Below the pieces are notes generated by a model that saw only the letters and a list, made by a program, of their open reading frames with translations, made no database searches and was not told where the DNA came from. Positions 48,527-58,849 of a DNA stretch of 64,000 nt are shown here, piece by piece (the stretch's first letter is position 1; every line of letters begins with the position of its first letter). The stretch lies in contig CBDCJH010000002.1 of NCBI GenBank assembly GCA_965217775.1, positions 3,584,001 through 3,648,000 of the forward strand, written 5' to 3'. A program made the position numbers and the translations under genes. The DNA comes from Acidobacteriota bacterium (lineage in GTDB: Bacteria; Acidobacteriota; UBA6911; RPQK01; JAJDTT01).

Positions 48527-49524
48527 CCCTTGGCGACTCCCAACTGCTCGGTCAACGACCGCTTCAATTCCTGGATTCCATCACCCCGGACCGACGAGAT
48601 GCGGCCAAAGGGAACACCTTCCCGGGAACAGTACTCCTGGAGTCTCCTCACCTTTGCCAGGTTTGCGGCATCCATTTTCGAAGCCGCCACCATTTGAGGC
48701 TTGGCCGGCAGGGCGGCCCCATAGAGCGCCAATTCCTTCTGAACCGTCCGCACCGCAATGACGGGGTCCTCCGGACCGAAGTCCGTGACGTCCACCAGAT
48801 GAAGCAGGACACGGCATCGTTCGATGTGCCTGAGAAACTGGCCGCCCAGACCGTGACCCTCGTGGGCGCCCTTGATCAGGCCCGGGATGTCGGCGACGAC
48901 GCAGGTCCGAAAACCTTCCAGCGAAACCGTTCCCAGATTGGGCGTCAGGGTGGTGAAAGGGTAGTCGGCGATCTTGGGGCGAGCCGAGGAGATCACCGAG
49001 ATCAGAGTCGATTTCCCGGCGTTGGGGAGCCCGACCAGACCGACGTCGGCCAGCACCTTGAGCTCCAGGACAAGGTGCTTTTCCTCTCCCGCCCCGCCGG
49101 CTTCCCACCTTCTGGGAGCTTGATTGGTGGAAGTGGCGAAGGCCGCATTGCCGCGCCCGCCCCGGCCGCCCTTGGCTACCAGACGATTGAGGCCCGGTTG
49201 GTCCAGATCGAACAAGAGCTCGCGCGTGCTCTTGAGATAGATCTGAGTGCCGACCGGGAGATCGATGAACAGGTCCTTGCCCTTCTTCCCGTGGCGCTGG
49301 GAGCCGGAACCGTGAGAGCCGCTGCCGGCTTTGAACTCCCGCTTGTAGCGGAACGGCAGCAGGGTGTTCAGGTGGTTGGTGCTGCGGAAGTAGACGTTTC
49401 CCCCATCGCCGCCGTCGCCGCCGCTGGGTCCTCCGCGGGGAACGAACTTCTCCCGGCGAAACGCCAGGCAACCGTTCCCCCCGTCGCCGGCTTTGACGAA
49501 AACTCTGGTGTGGTCCAGAAACAT
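48523..49524 (-). CDS. obgE: GTPase ObgE
   Basis: FRREKFVPRGGPSGGDGG, GLPNAGKST, KIADYPFTTL and DIPGLI motifs. Confidence 0.97.
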   Translation of the reverse strand: MFLDHTRVFVKAGDGGNGCLAFRREKFVPRGGPSGGDGGDGGNVYFRSTNHLNTLLPFRYKREFKAGSGSHGSGSQRHGKKGKDLFIDLPVGTQIYLKSTRELLFDLDQPGLNRLVAKGGRGGRGNAAFATSTNQAPRRWEAGGAGEEKHLVLELKVLADVGLVGLPNAGKSTLISVISSARPKIADYPFTTLTPNLGTVSLEGFRTCVVADIPGLIKGAHEGHGLGGQFLRHIERCRVLLHLVDVTDFGPEDPVIAVRTVQKELALYGAALPAKPQMVAASKMDAANLAKVRRLQEYCSREGVPFGRISSVRGDGIQELKRSLTEQLGVAKG

Positions 49525-49570
49525 GCACGCAAAGTGGAGATCCAGGGTCCGATCTCCGGAATTCTGCGGG

Positions 49571-49822
49571 CTAGCTGATAATGTGAACGTAACGCCCCAG
49601 CCGTCCCCGGCGCTGGAACCGGACTTTACCTGCAGTGCGGGCGAAAAGGGTGTCGTCGCGGCCCCGGCCCACATTGGTGCCGGGCTTGATGGGAGTCCCC
49701 CGTTGGCGGACCAGAATCGACCCGGCCGTGACCAACTGGCCGTCGAACCGCTTGACGCCGAGACGCTTGGAATGGCTGTCCCGGCCATTTCGAGAACTGC
49801 CCAAACCCTTCTTGTGTGCCAT
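49571..49822 (-). CDS. rpmA: 50S ribosomal protein L27
   Basis: [22 protein letters not shown]. Confidence 0.98.
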   Translation of the reverse strand: MAHKKGLGSSRNGRDSHSKRLGVKRFDGQLVTAGSILVRQRGTPIKPGTNVGRGRDDTLFARTAGKVRFQRRGRLGRYVHIIS

Positions 49823-49827
49823 GGCGT

Positions 49828-50163
49828 CTACTCCCGGACCGGACTCTCGTCTCCAATTCGAATGGGCCCGATCTCCACTTCGGTGAAGCGCTGGCGATGA
49901 CCTTGCTTGCGCCGATACATCTTGCGGCGCTTGAACTTGAAGACCGTGACCTTCCGATCCTTACCCTGCTCGACGATGGTGCCGGTGACGCGGACGTCAC
50001 TCAGCAACGGCGTGCCGACCTCGGTGGAATCCGGATGGCCGACCAACAACACGTCCTCCAGGCTGACCGCATCGCCTACTTCTCCCGCGATGCGCTCCAG
50101 CCGGACCCGGTCCCCTTCGGCGACCCGATACTGTTTCCCGCCGCTACGAATGATTGCGTACAA
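49828..50163 (-). CDS. rplU: 50S ribosomal protein L21
   Basis: [14 protein letters not shown]...[15 protein letters not shown]; TTG start. Confidence 0.98.
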   Translation of the reverse strand: MYAIIRSGGKQYRVAEGDRVRLERIAGEVGDAVSLEDVLLVGHPDSTEVGTPLLSDVRVTGTIVEQGKDRKVTVFKFKRRKMYRRKQGHRQRFTEVEIGPIRIGDESPVRE

Positions 50164-50200
50164 ACCGATTCTCCCGGATCGACGTATTCAGAGGCTGCTT

Positions 50201-50229
50201 AGTATATTTGCGAACCCCGATCCTGTCAA
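50201..50229 (-). promoter_or_regulatory. Near-consensus sigma70 promoter for rplU-rpmA-obgE
   Basis: TTGACA-17 nt-TATACT on the minus strand. Confidence 0.8.
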
Positions 50230-50300
50230 AAATCCACCCCCCGCAAGGTGCCCCGCCGGAATCGGTCAGGTACCGGCTGTTCACTATCGTCTCCCGGGGA

Positions 50301-51752
50301 TCACATCCTCCAGAAGGGACGCGTGAAGAGCACCAGGAGCGTGTAGAACTCGAGGCGGCCTGCCAGCATGCAGATGCTCAGGACCCATTTTGCCGCCGCC
50401 GGAAGTCCCCCGTAGTTTTCGGCGGGGCCGACCTGTCCCAATCCGGGGCCGATGTTGAACATGCAGGCCGCCACCGCGGAAATGGTGGTGAGCACGTCCA
50501 TCCCCAGAGCGGCAAGACATAAGCAGGCCACGAAGTTGACCAGGAACGCCAGATAGACCAGGTTGAGCAGACTCCGGATCGTCTTCTCCGGGATCGCCCG
50601 CCCGCCGAAGCGAACGGCAAAGACGCCGTGAGGCTCCACCAACTGGTGGAACTCGCGGCCGACGACCCGGAACAGGACGCCGATGCGCGCCACCTTCATG
50701 CCTCCCGCCGTCGAGCCGGTGCACCCGCCCACAAACATGAGCACCAACAGCAGGAGCTGAGCAAAGGAACTCCATCCCTGAAAGTCGGCAGAGGAGAACC
50801 CGGTGGTCGTCATAATGGAGACGACCTGGAAAGACGCCAACCTCAGGGACTCCCCGAGAGAGTACTCCGAAGCCTGTACCAAGGTCGCCGACATGGCCGC
50901 CGTCATGACCCCGATGACGATCAGATAGAGGCGCAGTTCCACGTCGCCCCAGAAGGAGGAGACCCTGCGTTCCACCAACAGGCGGTAGTGCCGGGTGAAA
51001 TTGATGCCGGCCAGAACCATGAAGAGCACGATGACGATTTCCAAGGCGGGATTTTCGAAGGCTTCGATGCTTCCGTTGCGCGTCGAGAAACCGCCCGTGG
51101 CCAGGGTGGAAAAGGCGTGGCAGAGGGCGTCGAATTTCCCCATACCCGCCAACCTCAGGGCCGCGTAGCTGGCCAGCGTGAACGCGATGTAGATCTTCCA
51201 CAAAGCCAGGGCAGTCTCCGCGATGCGGGGCCTGAGCCGTTCGGAACGGGCTCCCGAGAACTCGGCCCGGTAGAGCTCCCGGCCACCGGCTCCGATCAGC
51301 GGAAGAATGGCGATCCCCAGCAGGATGATGCCCATCCCGCCCAGCCAGTGGGTCAACGAGCGCCAAAGCAGCAGGCTGGCCGGAAGGGCCTCCACGTCCG
51401 CCAGAACCGTGGCCCCCGTGGTGGAGAAACCGGAGACCGACTCGAAGACCGAATCGGTGAAACTTGGAAAATGGGGAGAAAAATAGAAGGGGAGAGCCCC
51501 CAGAAGTGCAGCGATCAGCCAGGTGGCCACAACCAGGAGCAAGCCTTCGCGGCGGCTCAGGGCCCTGAAGTGGAGCCGAAACACCAGGATCAGCAGCACT
51601 CCGGCGATTACGCCCACCGCCAGCGAGGCGGTCAACGGGGTCAGGCCCTCGTCGCCATTGGCCAGCGCGAAGCAGACGCAACCCAAAAGGCCCACGGAAA
51701 GGCCCAGCGCAAAGAATCCCAGGAGATGCAGGAGGTTGGACCAGCGAATCAA
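50301..51752 (-). CDS. trkH: TrkH potassium uptake membrane protein
   Basis: FESVSGFSTTGAT, TLATGGFS, MTTTGF, GGCTGSTAGGMK, NIGPG and GRLE motifs. Confidence 0.96.
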   Translation of the reverse strand: MIRWSNLLHLLGFFALGLSVGLLGCVCFALANGDEGLTPLTASLAVGVIAGVLLILVFRLHFRALSRREGLLLVVATWLIAALLGALPFYFSPHFPSFTDSVFESVSGFSTTGATVLADVEALPASLLLWRSLTHWLGGMGIILLGIAILPLIGAGGRELYRAEFSGARSERLRPRIAETALALWKIYIAFTLASYAALRLAGMGKFDALCHAFSTLATGGFSTRNGSIEAFENPALEIVIVLFMVLAGINFTRHYRLLVERRVSSFWGDVELRLYLIVIGVMTAAMSATLVQASEYSLGESLRLASFQVVSIMTTTGFSSADFQGWSSFAQLLLLVLMFVGGCTGSTAGGMKVARIGVLFRVVGREFHQLVEPHGVFAVRFGGRAIPEKTIRSLLNLVYLAFLVNFVACLCLAALGMDVLTTISAVAACMFNIGPGLGQVGPAENYGGLPAAAKWVLSICMLAGRLEFYTLLVLFTRPFWRM

Positions 51753-53125
51753 CGTCCGCCTTTCCGTCGTTCCTTCAGGAAGGCAGACTCCAGGTAGGGC
51801 ACCAGGCTCTCCAGACAGAAGAAGACCACCCGGTCACCAGTCTGAATGATGGCGTCTCCTCGCGGCACCAGGACTTCTCCGGAGGGCCGGCTAATGGCGC
51901 CCACCACGGTCCCGGCGGGCATGTGGATCTCGCGCAGGCTTCTTCCCACATATTTGGAGCCTGGAGTCGCCAGCAGCTCGATGGCTTCCGCTTCCTCCTC
52001 CCGAAACGTGGTGACCGACAGAACGTGACCCTGGCGGACGAACTGGAGGATCCGATCAACGGCGGCGACCCGGGTGCTGAAACTGGAGTTGATGCCCAGG
52101 AGTTGGGCCATGGGGAGAAAGTCGAGGCGATTGACCAGAGCCACCGCCTTCCGGGCCCCCAACCGTTTGGAAAGAAGGGAGGCGATGATGTTGACTTCGG
52201 ATTCAGGCGTGACGGCGAGGTAAGCATCGACCCCCTCGACGGCGTTTTCCATCAGAACCCTCTCGTCTGCCCCATCCCCGTGAACCACCACCGTGCTTTC
52301 GACCCGTGTGGAGATCTTTCGGCATCGTTCCAAATCCTTCTCGAAGAGCTTGACCTGGACCCCCTGCCGCTCGAGCCGGAGGGCCGCTTCGACCCCCAGT
52401 TGTCTGCCGCCCACGATGAAGACCCGCTCCACCTTCTTTGGAAGCGGGACTCCCATGAACCGGAAGACCGACTCCGTCTCCGGGGCAGGCGCCACGATGT
52501 AGACGTGGTCTCCAGCCTGAAGTCTGTCGCCGCCCCTCGGAATGAAGGTCTGCCGCCCGCGGAAGATGATCGCCATCAGAGAGTTCTTGGGCGGAGTACT
52601 CCGGTCCAGTTCGGCCATGCTCTTCCCCACCACCCAACTGTCCGGCTCGAGGTTCATCCCGAAGAGCCGCACCCGGCCTTCGGCGAACTCCAACACGTCG
52701 GAGATCCCCGGCAGTCCGATCACGCGAAGAATGCGCTCCGCCGTCTCCTGGTCGGGGTTGATGACCAGATCCACCTTCAATTGAGAGCCGTCGAAGAATT
52801 CCCTCCAGCGATCGGCCTCGGGGGTGCGGAGGCGGACCACCTTGATCTTGACGTTGGAGTGCCGTTGAGCGATCAGGCACCCGAGAATGTTGGCTTCGTC
52901 GCTGCTGGTGACCGCGATCAACATTTCGGCTTCCCGAATGCCGGCCTGCTCCAGAGTACGGATGCTGCTGGCGTTGCCGTGGACGATCTTGGCGTCCAGA
53001 CTCTCTTCCAGCAGCTCACAGCGTTCCCGGCGCTTCTCGACGATGACGACGTCGTTCCTCTCCTGGGCGAGACGGCGGGACACCATGGCGCCGACCGCAC
53101 CGCCACCAAGCACGACGATTTTCAT
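51749..53125 (-). CDS. trkA: Trk system NAD-binding subunit
   Basis: Two RCK_N/RCK_C repeats (LGGGAVG; IVGGRQLG); overlaps trkH. Confidence 0.95.
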   Translation of the reverse strand: MKIVVLGGGAVGAMVSRRLAQERNDVVIVEKRRERCELLEESLDAKIVHGNASSIRTLEQAGIREAEMLIAVTSSDEANILGCLIAQRHSNVKIKVVRLRTPEADRWREFFDGSQLKVDLVINPDQETAERILRVIGLPGISDVLEFAEGRVRLFGMNLEPDSWVVGKSMAELDRSTPPKNSLMAIIFRGRQTFIPRGGDRLQAGDHVYIVAPAPETESVFRFMGVPLPKKVERVFIVGGRQLGVEAALRLERQGVQVKLFEKDLERCRKISTRVESTVVVHGDGADERVLMENAVEGVDAYLAVTPESEVNIIASLLSKRLGARKAVALVNRLDFLPMAQLLGINSSFSTRVAAVDRILQFVRQGHVLSVTTFREEEAEAIELLATPGSKYVGRSLREIHMPAGTVVGAISRPSGEVLVPRGDAIIQTGDRVVFFCLESLVPYLESAFLKERRKGGR

Positions 53126-53139
53126 TTGGTTCGGGATAC

Positions 53140-53796
53140 CTACGGATTGGATCTGAGGAGTTCGACGGAGGATCGAGGACGGCCCAGCCAGCGGAACGAC
53201 GAGATCAATTGCCGAAAAGTAGGAAGTGCCTTGGAAATCGATGCCTCGTCCCGGGCCGAGAGGACGAAAATGACGAAATAGTCCGTGACCTCGGTAAAGG
53301 CGACGACTTCCTGCTTGCCGCCCGGACAGTCACACGTTTTGGCCACGACCCTGGGCCGGCTGCGGGTCTCCGGATTCAACTCCAGGTTCAAGTGCAGGTC
53401 ACTGATCTCCAATTTCGGACAGAGCACTTCCTGTCCAGCCAGCTCGGACTGCAGGAACTTCTCCAGGTCCTCGTCCTGACTCCTGGGGAAGAATCTGGAG
53501 AAGGCGACGACGTCGGCCTCTCTCCACTGCGTCCCTTCGGGGTGCATGACGAAATTGGCGACCTGAATCGCCGACCCGACGTCGATGGTCCAGCCCGCGG
53601 GTTCGGTCACCAGAAAGGAATATTCCAGGCCCCTGATGCGCAGCGTCCTTCCCCCTTCCAGTGACGGTATGGAAACGAGGAGACACGCGATTGAGATACA
53701 GATCTTCAGCAGTCGGCTCGAGAGAGAAGTGTTGGCCGGAACCGTCAGGGCCCGGCAAACGGGCTGCGGATTGAGAGGGCCGAAAAACCGATTCAT
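53140..53796 (-). CDS. Hypothetical exported protein
   Basis: Hydrophobic leader; FLVTEPAGW...FRQLISSF, reminiscent of PsbP/DcrB-like folds; co-oriented with trkA. Confidence 0.6.
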   Translation of the reverse strand: MNRFFGPLNPQPVCRALTVPANTSLSSRLLKICISIACLLVSIPSLEGGRTLRIRGLEYSFLVTEPAGWTIDVGSAIQVANFVMHPEGTQWREADVVAFSRFFPRSQDEDLEKFLQSELAGQEVLCPKLEISDLHLNLELNPETRSRPRVVAKTCDCPGGKQEVVAFTEVTDYFVIFVLSARDEASISKALPTFRQLISSFRWLGRPRSSVELLRSNP

Positions 53797-53836
53797 TCCG
53801 GCGCAAGTCTAGCAGGAACGGGAGGAGGGAGGCGCG

Positions 53837-53865
53837 TTGAGTTTCGCCTTGCCGTTGGCTATCCT
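53837..53865 (+). promoter_or_regulatory. Possible sigma70 promoter for gltA
   Basis: TTGAGT-17 nt-TATCCT. Confidence 0.45.
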
Positions 53866-53983
53866 ATAGCCTCGTTCCGGAAGGAGACACGGAGCGCACT
53901 ACCGGGCGGCGGATTCCCCAGGCTCGACCGTCTCGTGAGCGTCTCTTCAGAGAAATACCGGCACCTGCCAAAAGGTAATCAGC

Positions 53984-55270
53984 ATGCCCGATGAGAGCCT
54001 ATCCATTACCGATAACCGGACCGGTAAACAGTACGATCTGGCTGTCTCGGACGGTACCATTCGCGCCATAGAGCTTCGCCAGATCAAGACATCGGAAGAC
54101 GACTTCGGTCTCATGGCCTACGATCCTTCGTTCCTCAACACGGCCTCCTGCCGGAGCACGATCACCTATATCGACGGAGACAAGGGCATCCTGCGCTATC
54201 GAGGCTACCCCATAGAACAGCTGGTGGGCGAGTACAGCCACCTTGAGGTCGCATACCTGCTCCTGTACGGCGAGCTTCCGGACAAGGCCGAGTTCCATCA
54301 ATGGAACGGTGACATTCGGAAGCATGCCGAGTTGCCGACGGCCGTCCTGCGACTGGTTCGAAGCTTTCCCCCCGGGGGCTTTCCCATGGCCATGCTGGCG
54401 ACGGGGGTGGCCGCCCTCTCCAACTTCTATCCCGACGCCCGTACCGTTCTGGACCCGGAGCTGCGTCTCCTCCAGATCCATCGGCTCCTGGCCAAGGTCC
54501 CGGCCCTGTCGGCCCAGCTCTTCCGCTGCCTCCAGGGCTTGCCCCTTACCCAGGACGCGGGCGGACTCTCCTACGCCGGAAGCTTCCTGCAGATGGCGTT
54601 CGACCGGGCGCCGGAACCCGTGTTCGAGAAGGCGATGGAGGCCCTGTTCATCCTTCATGCCGACCACGAACAGAACTGCAGCACCAGCGCCATGAGAGGC
54701 GTCGGCAGTTCCCAGTGCGACCCGTACCTGACGACGGCCGCCTCCATCGGCGCCCTGTCCGGGCCCCTGCATGGAGGAGCGAACGAGGCGGTCATCCGCA
54801 TGCTGGAGTCGATCGGATCCAAGGACCGGGTACCCGGGCACGTGCAGCGGGTCAAGGGAGGCGAACTCCGCCTCATGGGATTCGGGCACCGCATCTACAA
54901 GAACTACGATCCCAGGGCCAAGATCATCAAACAACTGGCCCACGAGGTTTTCGAAGTGACCGGTTCCGATCCCCTGCTGGACGTGGCGCTTGAGTTGGAG
55001 AGGATCGCCCTGCAGGACGACTACTTCATCTCGCGAAAGCTCTATCCCAACGTCGACTTCTATTCCGGCCTGATCTACCGGGCTCTCGGCTTCCCTTCTT
55101 CCATGTCCACCGTCCTCTTCGCTCTGGCCAGAACGGCTGGCTGGCTGGTTCAGTGGGAGGAACTGGCGCGGGACCGGGAACAGAAGATCGCCCGGCCACG
55201 GCAGATCTACGAGGGATATCCGGTGAGAGACGTACCGGTTCGGAGGTCCTCGCCAATCCCGTCTTCTTGA
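53984..55270 (+). CDS. gltA: Citrate synthase
   Basis: ITYIDGDKGILRYRGY, LHADHEQNCST, GPLHGGAN, MGFGHR and YPNVDFYSG motifs. Confidence 0.97.
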   Translation: MPDESLSITDNRTGKQYDLAVSDGTIRAIELRQIKTSEDDFGLMAYDPSFLNTASCRSTITYIDGDKGILRYRGYPIEQLVGEYSHLEVAYLLLYGELPDKAEFHQWNGDIRKHAELPTAVLRLVRSFPPGGFPMAMLATGVAALSNFYPDARTVLDPELRLLQIHRLLAKVPALSAQLFRCLQGLPLTQDAGGLSYAGSFLQMAFDRAPEPVFEKAMEALFILHADHEQNCSTSAMRGVGSSQCDPYLTTAASIGALSGPLHGGANEAVIRMLESIGSKDRVPGHVQRVKGGELRLMGFGHRIYKNYDPRAKIIKQLAHEVFEVTGSDPLLDVALELERIALQDDYFISRKLYPNVDFYSGLIYRALGFPSSMSTVLFALARTAGWLVQWEELARDREQKIARPRQIYEGYPVRDVPVRRSSPIPSS

Positions 55271-55298
55271 CTCCAGCCAGTTGCGGTATAATCGTGCG

Positions 55299-55526
55299 AT
55301 GCCGATTTATGAATACCGCTGTCTGGATTGCGACACTCATTTCGAGCAGATCGTCCTGGGCGCCCAGAGCGATGCCGAGTGTCCCAGTTGCAGCGGAGAC
55401 CGCTTCGAGCAGCTTTTCTCCTCATTCGCCGTCGGCGGCGGGTCCATGGAATCCGGCTTCAAGGAAACCGGTCCCTGCGGCTGTGGAGCGCCCCAACGAG
55501 GAATGTGCGGGCAACTCGCCAACTAG
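55299..55526 (+). CDS. FmdB-family zinc-ribbon protein
   Basis: MPIYEYRCLDC..FE...CPSC. Confidence 0.9.
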   Translation: MPIYEYRCLDCDTHFEQIVLGAQSDAECPSCSGDRFEQLFSSFAVGGGSMESGFKETGPCGCGAPQRGMCGQLAN

Positions 55527-55551
55527 CTGATCGTCCGGACGACGCTGAACT

Positions 55552-56619
55552 ATGCAACAAACAACCACGGAGACCTATAAAGACCGGCTGGAGTCGATCA
55601 GCAGGTCCCTGCGGCCGCATCCCGATCAGCATCTGGAATTCCTCGGCAAGAAGGACATCATCGAGCGGATCCTCTATCTGCGGGAACTCAAGAACGTCCT
55701 GATCCTGGGCCACAACTACATGGAGCCGCTGGTCTTCCATCTGTCCGGCGAAGGCGAGAGAGGCGATTCGTTGGCGCTGAGCCGCTACGCCGCCAAGTCG
55801 GACAAACCCGTCATCCTCTTCGACGGCGTCCTCTTCATGGCGGAAACGGCCAAGATCCTGAATCCGGAAAAGAAGGTGCTGATCGCGGACCTGAATGCGG
55901 GCTGCAGTTTGGCAGACCCCTTCTCGGCCGAGGACGTGAGGTTCTATCGAAAGCGTTATCCCAACGCTCCGGTGGTCACCTACATCAACAGCTACGCCGA
56001 GATCAAAGCCGAATCCGACTACTGCTGCACCTCCGCGAACGGGCTCAAGGTCATCGAGCATGCGGCCCGGGAATTCGGTGCGGACCATGTGGTCTTCCTC
56101 CCCGATTCCCTGATGGGGGAGAACCTGCAACAGGAACTGGTCCGGAGGGGATCCGATCTGGATCTGATCTACCCGGGCAAGTATGACCGCAACTTCGGTC
56201 GCTGCGAGGTCCACGAGAAGTTCACCGCCAGCCACATCCGGGACATCCGGAAGCAATACGACATTCCCCGGGGAGGGAACGACGCCGCGGTCCTGGTGCA
56301 CTGGGAGTGCCTGCCCGAGGTCCTGGAAGAGGCCGACTTCTACGGCAGCACCTCCCAGATGGCCGGTTACGTGAAGAATCACGCCGAGCTGCGCCGCGTC
56401 TACATGGCCACCGAGTGTGAAATGTCGGCGAATCTGGCCACCGAATTCCCGCAGGTGGAGTTCGTCAGAACCTGCAGCATTTTCTGCCGCCACATGCGTA
56501 GAATCAGTCTCGAGAAGATCCTTCACAGCCTGGAGCATGAGGTCTACGAAGTGGAGGTGCCGGAGCCGATCCGCCGGGCCTCCCTGGGAGCCATCCAACG
56601 GATGCTGAGCATCGGCTGA
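55552..56619 (+). CDS. nadA: Quinolinate synthase
   Basis: ILGHNY, GDSLAL, FMAETAKILNP, AGCSLA, YINS, CTSAN, CEVH, GSTS and CRHM motifs. Confidence 0.95.
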   Translation: MQQTTTETYKDRLESISRSLRPHPDQHLEFLGKKDIIERILYLRELKNVLILGHNYMEPLVFHLSGEGERGDSLALSRYAAKSDKPVILFDGVLFMAETAKILNPEKKVLIADLNAGCSLADPFSAEDVRFYRKRYPNAPVVTYINSYAEIKAESDYCCTSANGLKVIEHAAREFGADHVVFLPDSLMGENLQQELVRRGSDLDLIYPGKYDRNFGRCEVHEKFTASHIRDIRKQYDIPRGGNDAAVLVHWECLPEVLEEADFYGSTSQMAGYVKNHAELRRVYMATECEMSANLATEFPQVEFVRTCSIFCRHMRRISLEKILHSLEHEVYEVEVPEPIRRASLGAIQRMLSIG

Positions 56620-56677
56620 TTCGGGATCTGGGCCGGAATCGGTCGGAACGCGACTGGGCTGCTGCAGAGAATAGACC

Positions 56678-57772
56678 ATGAAGCTGGACGGGCTGGACAC
56701 ACCTTCGGTCCTGGTCGACGTGGATATCATGACCGCGAACCTGGACCGATTGGCCGGTTACTGCCGGGAACACCGCCTCAATTTGAGGCCCCACGTCAAG
56801 ACCCACAAGATTCCTGAATTGGCGCAACTCCAGGTCAGGAAAGGCGCCGTGGGCGTTACCGTTGCCAAGCTGGGTGAGGCCGAGGTCATGGTGGACGGCG
56901 GAGTCGAGGACGTCCTGCTGGCATATCCGGTGTACGGAGAGATCAAGTGGAAGCGTTTGGCCGCCCTGGCCCGCCGCGCCCGGATCTCGGTGGCGTTGGA
57001 TTCGCTGGAGGTGGCCCAGGGCATCTCCAGGCATGCGCGCGAGGCCGGGGTCAGGATTCCCATTCTGGTGGAGTTCGATACCGGGATGCGGCGTTGCGGT
57101 TTGACCATCGGCCCGGAGGCCATCCAGGTGCTGGAGCGGATCGCCGAACTTCCGGCACTGGATTACGAGGGGCTGCTGATCTACCCCGGTCATTTCCTCG
57201 TGGACCCGGAACGGCGCAATCAGCTTCTGACGCTGGAGAACCGGCAATTGTCGACTTTGCTGAGTCTGCTGGACGACGCCGGGATCCCCTACCCGGTCAT
57301 CAGCGCCAGCTCGACCCCGACGGCCTACATGTCGCACCAGTTCGACAACATCAACGAGGTTCGTCCGGGCACCTACATCTTCAATGACCGGAATACCATC
57401 GGTTGCCAGGCCGCCGATCTGGCGGACTGCGCCGTCTCCGTCCTGTCCACCGTCGTGAGCACCAGCGTTCCCGGCAAGGCCGCCATCGACGGGGGCAGCA
57501 AGACCTTCTCCAGCGACAAGTTCCTCTCCGGAGACGGCGTGGGATTCGGTCACGTGATGGGAGACCCGGGCGCCGTGGTGGAATACCTTTCCGAGGAGCA
57601 CGGGCACCTGGTGCTGGCCAAGGCTTCCAGAAAATACCGCGTCGGGGACCGGGTTCGCGTCATCCCCAATCACGTCTGTGCCTGCGTCAACATGCACGAC
57701 CGCATCTACGGGGTCCGGGACGACGAGGTGGTGACCGAATGGCGCGTGAGTGCCCGGGGCGCCGTGCAGTGA
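56678..57772 (+). CDS. Fold-type III PLP enzyme (D-threonine aldolase/D-serine dehydratase family)
   Basis: LRPHVKTHK, EVRPGTYIFND, IDGGSKT, LSEEHG and IPNHVC motifs. Confidence 0.9.
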   Translation: MKLDGLDTPSVLVDVDIMTANLDRLAGYCREHRLNLRPHVKTHKIPELAQLQVRKGAVGVTVAKLGEAEVMVDGGVEDVLLAYPVYGEIKWKRLAALARRARISVALDSLEVAQGISRHAREAGVRIPILVEFDTGMRRCGLTIGPEAIQVLERIAELPALDYEGLLIYPGHFLVDPERRNQLLTLENRQLSTLLSLLDDAGIPYPVISASSTPTAYMSHQFDNINEVRPGTYIFNDRNTIGCQAADLADCAVSVLSTVVSTSVPGKAAIDGGSKTFSSDKFLSGDGVGFGHVMGDPGAVVEYLSEEHGHLVLAKASRKYRVGDRVRVIPNHVCACVNMHDRIYGVRDDEVVTEWRVSARGAVQ

Positions 57773-57843
57773 ACTGAACCGGACCGGGACGTCGCCCTCA
57801 GCCGTGGCGGTGCCCGATCCAACCCTGAGGAGATTCAAGCAAA

Positions 57844-58821
57844 GTGGCGTCGGCCGGAGAACTTCTGTACCTGTCGCGAGCGGACATCGAGCGGCTCGAT
57901 CTGTCCATGGCGCGCATCATCGAGGTGATGGAGGAAACCCTGATCCAGAAGGGATCGGGGAACGTGGAGATGCCGCCGAAGCCGGGAATCCACACTCGGC
58001 CCGACGCCTTCATCCACGCCATGCCGGCGTACGTCCGGCCCACGGGCGCCGCCGGAATGAAGTGGGTCGGAGGCTATCCCGGAAACTCGGCCCGGGGTCT
58101 GCCCTACATCACGGGTCTCGTGATCCTTAACGACCCCGCATCCGGAGTCCCCCTGGCGGTGATGGACGCCACCTGGATCACGGCGGTCAGGACCGGCGCG
58201 GCCACCGGTGTGGCGGCACGCCATCTGGCCCGCCGCGACGCTCTCACGGCCGCCATCCTGGGGTGCGGCGTCCAGGGCCGATCCAACCTGGAGGCGCTGA
58301 CGGTGGTCCTGCGCGACCTCCGGGACATCCGTGTCTACGACACTCGCCTGGAAGCGGCGCACAGCTTCGCCCGGGAGTGCGTGGAACGTCACGGTCTCTC
58401 GTGCACGGTCTGCGCCTCCCCCCGGCAGGCCGTCCAGGCCGCCGACGTGGTGGTCACCGCAGGCCCCATGCCGCGTCCACCTGCGCCCGTGATCGAACCC
58501 GACTGGCTCGCGGACGGGGTCTTCGTCTGCGTCCTCGATTTCGACTGCTATGTGACGCCCGCGGCCTTTCACGCCGCCGATCTGCTGGTCACGGACGACG
58601 TGGCGCAACTCGACTACTATCGCGGGGTGGGATATTTCGAAGGCCTCCCCGACCGGCTTTCCGACCTGGGAGACGTGGTTCGGGGACGGGGAGGACGCCG
58701 GAAGAAGGAGCAACGGATTATTTCCGTCAACCTGGGACTGGGCGCGGAAGACGTCGCGGCCGCCCAACTGATTTACACGAGTGCACTGAACCAGGGGTTG
58801 GGAACCTCCCTTCCCCTCTGA
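57844..58821 (+). CDS. Ornithine cyclodeaminase/mu-crystallin family protein
   Basis: HAMPAY, GMKWV, ITAVRTGA, ILGCGVQG and NLGLGAED motifs. Confidence 0.92.
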   Translation: MASAGELLYLSRADIERLDLSMARIIEVMEETLIQKGSGNVEMPPKPGIHTRPDAFIHAMPAYVRPTGAAGMKWVGGYPGNSARGLPYITGLVILNDPASGVPLAVMDATWITAVRTGAATGVAARHLARRDALTAAILGCGVQGRSNLEALTVVLRDLRDIRVYDTRLEAAHSFARECVERHGLSCTVCASPRQAVQAADVVVTAGPMPRPPAPVIEPDWLADGVFVCVLDFDCYVTPAAFHAADLLVTDDVAQLDYYRGVGYFEGLPDRLSDLGDVVRGRGGRRKKEQRIISVNLGLGAEDVAAAQLIYTSALNQGLGTSLPL

Positions 58822-58849
58822 TCCGCTGAGATAAGAAAGGAGCGTTGCA

